A DNA stretch of 14,120 nucleotides, taken from the NCBI GenBank assembly GCA_037381445.1, contig JARRQT010000131.1:1-14120 (forward strand), given 5' to 3'. Below, in pieces: positions 11,701-14,120 of this stretch. Made by a program: the position numbers and the translations under genes. Numbering within the stretch: position 1 is the stretch's first letter; each line of letters opens with the position of its first letter. Origin of the DNA: Calditrichia bacterium (GTDB taxonomy: Bacteria > Calditrichota > Calditrichia > RBG-13-44-9). The notes below the pieces were generated by a model that searched no databases, had not been told where the DNA came from, and saw only the letters and a list, made by a program, of their open reading frames with translations.

Positions 11701-13617
11701 TATGAAGTCATGGCAAATGATATCGCAAATCAGGAATTGGCGCCGAATCTTAGTGCCGATAAACGATTGGTGGAGCGCGACCAGGTATTTAAAGCTTCAG
11801 TTCCTGCTTACGATCGTGCGGTTGAAGAATACAAGAAGGCGCTGGTAAATATTCCCATCTTGGCAGAGAAACTGGAAGTGGTCATGTTCGATACCTCCCG
11901 AAGTGAACTGGAGTCGGAGGGCCTTTCCGAAGATACGACCGCGGTGGTGAGAAGAGAAGTCCTGGAAGACAGCACCAGGGAAGTGGCGCTGCGTTGGTAT
12001 CGGCAGGCTGAAAATAAAATCTCCCTGATTTTATACACGGTTGCAGAACAGTCTGAAGAGTTTATCCGGGCTTTCCTGCGCCAGGAGAATCCTGCAACAG
12101 GAATTCAGTATTTGTCCTGGAAAAAGTTGTTACTGCAGAAGGCGGTTGCGCCGGCGGTTAATGTGACACTGAATTCACATCTCAAAAATATAAATAGATC
12201 CCGTCAGTTGAAACTTGACAACAAATATGTCCATGAATCTGAACGAAAAATCCTGCTGACCAGCGATATTCTGGCCGATGAGTACGGCAAACTCGTGAAG
12301 AAGGCGGTCCAGATCTATCAGGCACAACTGCCTACCCTAAATCAGCTGATTGAAGGAGGAGAGAAAGCGACCACGCCCGCCGGGCTGAATTCGATGGACT
12401 TCAATGATCAGATGTTGAGTATCATTGATTACATGAATGAGTTTCTTTCCGTGGCGATAGACCAGTACAACAAAACGCTAACCTTTGCCCGTGACAACCA
12501 GATACACAACGACGCGGTTTCCACCACTCAGGATCGGCTTTTTAATCTGTCTTATGAATCCGGGGTCCTGTTGCTCGATCTGGCCCAAAAGGCAGAGGCG
12601 AATCGCGACAAATTCATTGCCCTGTCGGATTCCACCGGAGATCAAAAATATCAGTTGGGAATGGCATTCTTCTACGATCATCAATCCATTCTGAAAGATT
12701 ATGCCCAGCGCGAGCTGGAACTGAGTTACCAAATCAGCAAGAATTTTGATATTAAAAACGTCTGGACAAACCTGATGCTCGCCAAACTGGTCGAGTTGAA
12801 ACCCGCTGAATATTTGGGCGATCTGCCCAGGGAAGTCAATGTTGTCAAATCGGATTCCACATGGCTGGCTTCGAAGGACTATAATATGGACTGGACCCGG
12901 GAAGATTTCGATGATTCCGGCTGGAAAAGGGTCTCGCTGGTAAATCTGCCACTGGATTCCGTGTTTGCCGGATTCGATACCCTGCAGTCAAAACCGGAGG
13001 CCATCTGGCTCTATGGGGCCGTCAGCGATACTTCTGCCAGATTGCTCGCGAATCTGCCTGTTTCAGATTCAGCTTCATCAGGAAATGTGATGGCAGAAGC
13101 GGATAGTATTTCCCGGCCGCGCTCTCTTGAACTGGAAGATAAAATTCCGCTGGAAGATGATACACTCGCTCTGGTGGTTTCCGGTACGGATACGCTAAGA
13201 AATATTGCACCTGCGGAGCCCGATACTCTGACAGCATATTTCAGAAAGCACTTCAGTTTGCGGGACCGTGTAATTAATGGTTGGGTTTTGCTGACAGGCG
13301 ACGACAATTACCATTTCTATCTGAATGGCGAATATATCAAAGGTGATGACACCGGGAAGTTCCAGTCTGTGGATCGCGTCGGCTTTATTGAGATCAGCGA
13401 TTTTCTCAAGGTTGGAGAAAATGTTATTGGTGTCGATGTCACGGACTTTGACGGGAGGCCCCACTACGGGCTCCGTTTCTTCATGCATCTCGAATTGCTG
13501 CCCGGCGAGATTACTTCTGCAGCCGAGAGGATCCGCCGCCAGGCCGCCGAAAGTGTGGATATGAATCAAATGGAAAAGGTAGCAGTTTTGAATAAAAATC
13601 GAATAATAGCTCAATAA
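8782..13617 (+). CDS. Large exported TPR protein (1611 aa), GltD/AgmU-like, with a C-terminal galactose-binding-like beta-sandwich domain
   Basis: Signal peptide ending LIFA|QD. Many TPR_6/YfiO-type repeats (ADDALYNKAYLLGQMG...YRELIDKYPESQYTPEAYINLAEYYF; YDEALYKLGWTYY; ALFNSGRNYE...YDTLVANFPESKY; ALYRRGEYYFENGKFDLA). C-terminal motifs W..DFDDSGW, AIW, YFRKHF, GDDNYHFYLNG and LKVGENVIGVDV. Confidence 0.88.
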   Translation: MKWPSQINNILFIFIFFSLVINPLDLIFAQDSGLQVEDSTLQKFKMEDLVKIKKLLEQERQRLINEQEKDLQQGVDLSKGFLNKTKEENENQDMILIRVAEYYIEESNSGYDKAVGDYNKKYEEYEKQLAAFQKGDVKSEPAAPQFPRRNYEKAISIYDLILTNFPGSELADDALYNKAYLLGQMGESEASHNVYRELIDKYPESQYTPEAYINLAEYYFQPKIGQDREETIRNLNKAAQLYKNVLNYKDSPRYDEALYKLGWTYYRLAGQDPNYYSDAIVYFTMVVKDVEKFKDLDPDGKYIKSNIEPEALQYIAASFVDSNYTRSGVDKASGFIKDLGAPQYGVDIFSNMGDIYTRIVDYNNGIKAYQTLLEMYPDYAFSPMIRKKIADVYQEDNQPDMAFNENQKMFDEYNPKSQWFAALEQRTIPDRIAALEEATQLTEAGLRSNLIYKYDQAENLEKTGGDSLSAYREFAKLADTYLETYPTNENAYEINWSLAYVLDTELHDYNPAFEEYIRVSNDYLETNHRKDAATNAIAVAQTLTDLKRSTMDTAQIKGVDLSEATAQELNPEEKLLAEAFDNYIKLFPDDEKTASYLANAGALYYQHHQYDLARKYYKTMVTKFPEAQQKSVGLMSLMNSYFFLGKFKDAEFVAHKALEIEGIPDDQKDIAKNRIGESIYKNAEKLEQEQKYLEAAREFYRVYTDARYYSDIMDLALFNSGRNYETAKEWQQSISVYDTLVANFPESKYRLIALGHIADDYKQMEDYAKVGNTYERIYELYPERKDAEAALYNSSLFFARANSWSDAIRVNNKYIARFPDSTDSKDLLFENARYYLKLDDLPSANRIYEEFATRHPNDTRTIEALYRRGEYYFENGKFDLAKPEFQKAVSRSEEFSRTGRDPNVLYASEAYFKLGEIEFEEFRNIKLSYPESNLRAQLKRKTDKLASVVNAFNQVVKMGSLKGFEAMYKIAETYEVMANDIANQELAPNLSADKRLVERDQVFKASVPAYDRAVEEYKKALVNIPILAEKLEVVMFDTSRSELESEGLSEDTTAVVRREVLEDSTREVALRWYRQAENKISLILYTVAEQSEEFIRAFLRQENPATGIQYLSWKKLLLQKAVAPAVNVTLNSHLKNINRSRQLKLDNKYVHESERKILLTSDILADEYGKLVKKAVQIYQAQLPTLNQLIEGGEKATTPAGLNSMDFNDQMLSIIDYMNEFLSVAIDQYNKTLTFARDNQIHNDAVSTTQDRLFNLSYESGVLLLDLAQKAEANRDKFIALSDSTGDQKYQLGMAFFYDHQSILKDYAQRELELSYQISKNFDIKNVWTNLMLAKLVELKPAEYLGDLPREVNVVKSDSTWLASKDYNMDWTREDFDDSGWKRVSLVNLPLDSVFAGFDTLQSKPEAIWLYGAVSDTSARLLANLPVSDSASSGNVMAEADSISRPRSLELEDKIPLEDDTLALVVSGTDTLRNIAPAEPDTLTAYFRKHFSLRDRVINGWVLLTGDDNYHFYLNGEYIKGDDTGKFQSVDRVGFIEISDFLKVGENVIGVDVTDFDGRPHYGLRFFMHLELLPGEITSAAERIRRQAAESVDMNQMEKVAVLNKNRIIAQ

Positions 13618-13635
13618 AATTACAGGAATAAAGCC

Positions 13636-13977
13636 ATGAAATTATTCATCACCATTACCGTATTCTGTTTGATGCTTGTGCAGGCGGCTTTTTCCCAGGA
13701 ACAACCGGCCCGGACGGATACAACGGCACAAAACAATCGCATAATCGATTTGACAAAACTGGGTAAGACCTATACTATCTCGGCACGCATGGAACTTCCG
13801 CAAGTCAAAATGTTCGATCGCCGGATTACTCCTGATTTCAAAGAAGTAAGGGCCGAGAAATCGTTTATTAATGAACTGGCACCGCAGGCGGAGCAGATTC
13901 AATATGAACCGATTTCCAGCGGGCGGGTCGATCCCATCGACGACATTGATGCTCTACTAAAGAAGAAACGGTTTTAA
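13636..13977 (+). CDS. Small exported protein (113 aa) resembling the CglF/GltF-type gliding-complex subunit
   Basis: AGGA SD, signal peptide MKLFITITVFCLMLVQAAFS|Q. The core TISARMELPQVKMFDRR...FKEVRAEKSFINEL matches my recollection of the CglF-type pattern (IEG...P...R...F...SF..E[LI]). The ORF is secure; the family call is from recall. Confidence 0.7.
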   Translation: MKLFITITVFCLMLVQAAFSQEQPARTDTTAQNNRIIDLTKLGKTYTISARMELPQVKMFDRRITPDFKEVRAEKSFINELAPQAEQIQYEPISSGRVDPIDDIDALLKKKRF

Positions 13978-14013
13978 TCTAATTAGAAAATAAGTCATAT
14001 TTTATCCAAATTT

Positions 14014-14020
14014 AAGGAGG
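14014..14020 (+). promoter_or_regulatory. Strong ribosome-binding site
   Basis: AAGGAGG, 8 nt upstream of ATG 14029. Confidence 0.85.
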
Positions 14021-14028
14021 TTTTTATT

Positions 14029-14120
14029 ATGGGTTCTGCTGTTCAATTCTGGAAACACTTCTTCGAGAATTTCAGCACCAGTTCATCTGGTTACATCTTT
14101 ATGTGGGTCATTCTGCTGAT
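14029..14120 (+). CDS. 5' end of a probable MotA/TolQ/ExbB proton-channel family protein (runs off the window)
   Basis: Not in the ORF track. A perfect SD precedes ATG, and the frame reads MGSAVQFWKHFFENFSTSSSGYIFMWVILL. The G-x-x-M-W-x-I-L segment is typical of the start of TM1 in ExbB/TolQ/AglR. Only 30 codons are visible. Confidence 0.6.
   Translation, partial: MGSAVQFWKHFFENFSTSSSGYIFMWVILL

Noticed and set aside
12841..13506. Calling the 1611-aa protein a glycoside hydrolase
   Set aside because: Only the accessory beta-sandwich motifs are present. No catalytic barrel domain is recognisable.
8047..13902. Antisense ORFs within the TPR genes (8047-8526, 9532-10101, 10681-11439 of 252 aa, 13195-13614, 13642-13902)
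   Set aside because: Their Ile/Phe/Val-rich composition is what reverse-complementing Asp/Glu/Asn/Lys/Tyr-rich codons produces. There is no independent evidence of coding.

Overview
A bacterial chromosomal window with all real genes on the + strand. Bases 1-6085 hold an F1Fo ATP synthase operon in canonical order: atpB (5'-truncated), atpE, atpF, atpH, atpA, atpG, atpD, atpC. The c subunit looks H+-type. The atpD (beta) gene has a clean in-frame deletion of about 42 codons at 4720/4721. This removes the Walker A P-loop and the catalytic GERT glutamate, so the encoded beta cannot be catalytic. It is either a real lesion or variant, or an assembly artefact. A perfect 24-bp palindromic terminator separates atpD from atpC. 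From 6157 to the window end is a cluster of exported proteins: an 863-aa TPR/coiled-coil protein, a 1611-aa TPR protein ending in a carbohydrate-binding-like beta-sandwich, a 113-aa CglF/GltF-like protein, and the start of a probable MotA/TolQ/ExbB gene. By my recognition this resembles a divergent core of the myxobacterial Agl-Glt (gliding/envelope motor) machinery. The host shows FCB-group-like hallmarks (Gln after signal cleavage, D-S/T-x sequons) and may be Calditrichota-like; that assignment is inference only.
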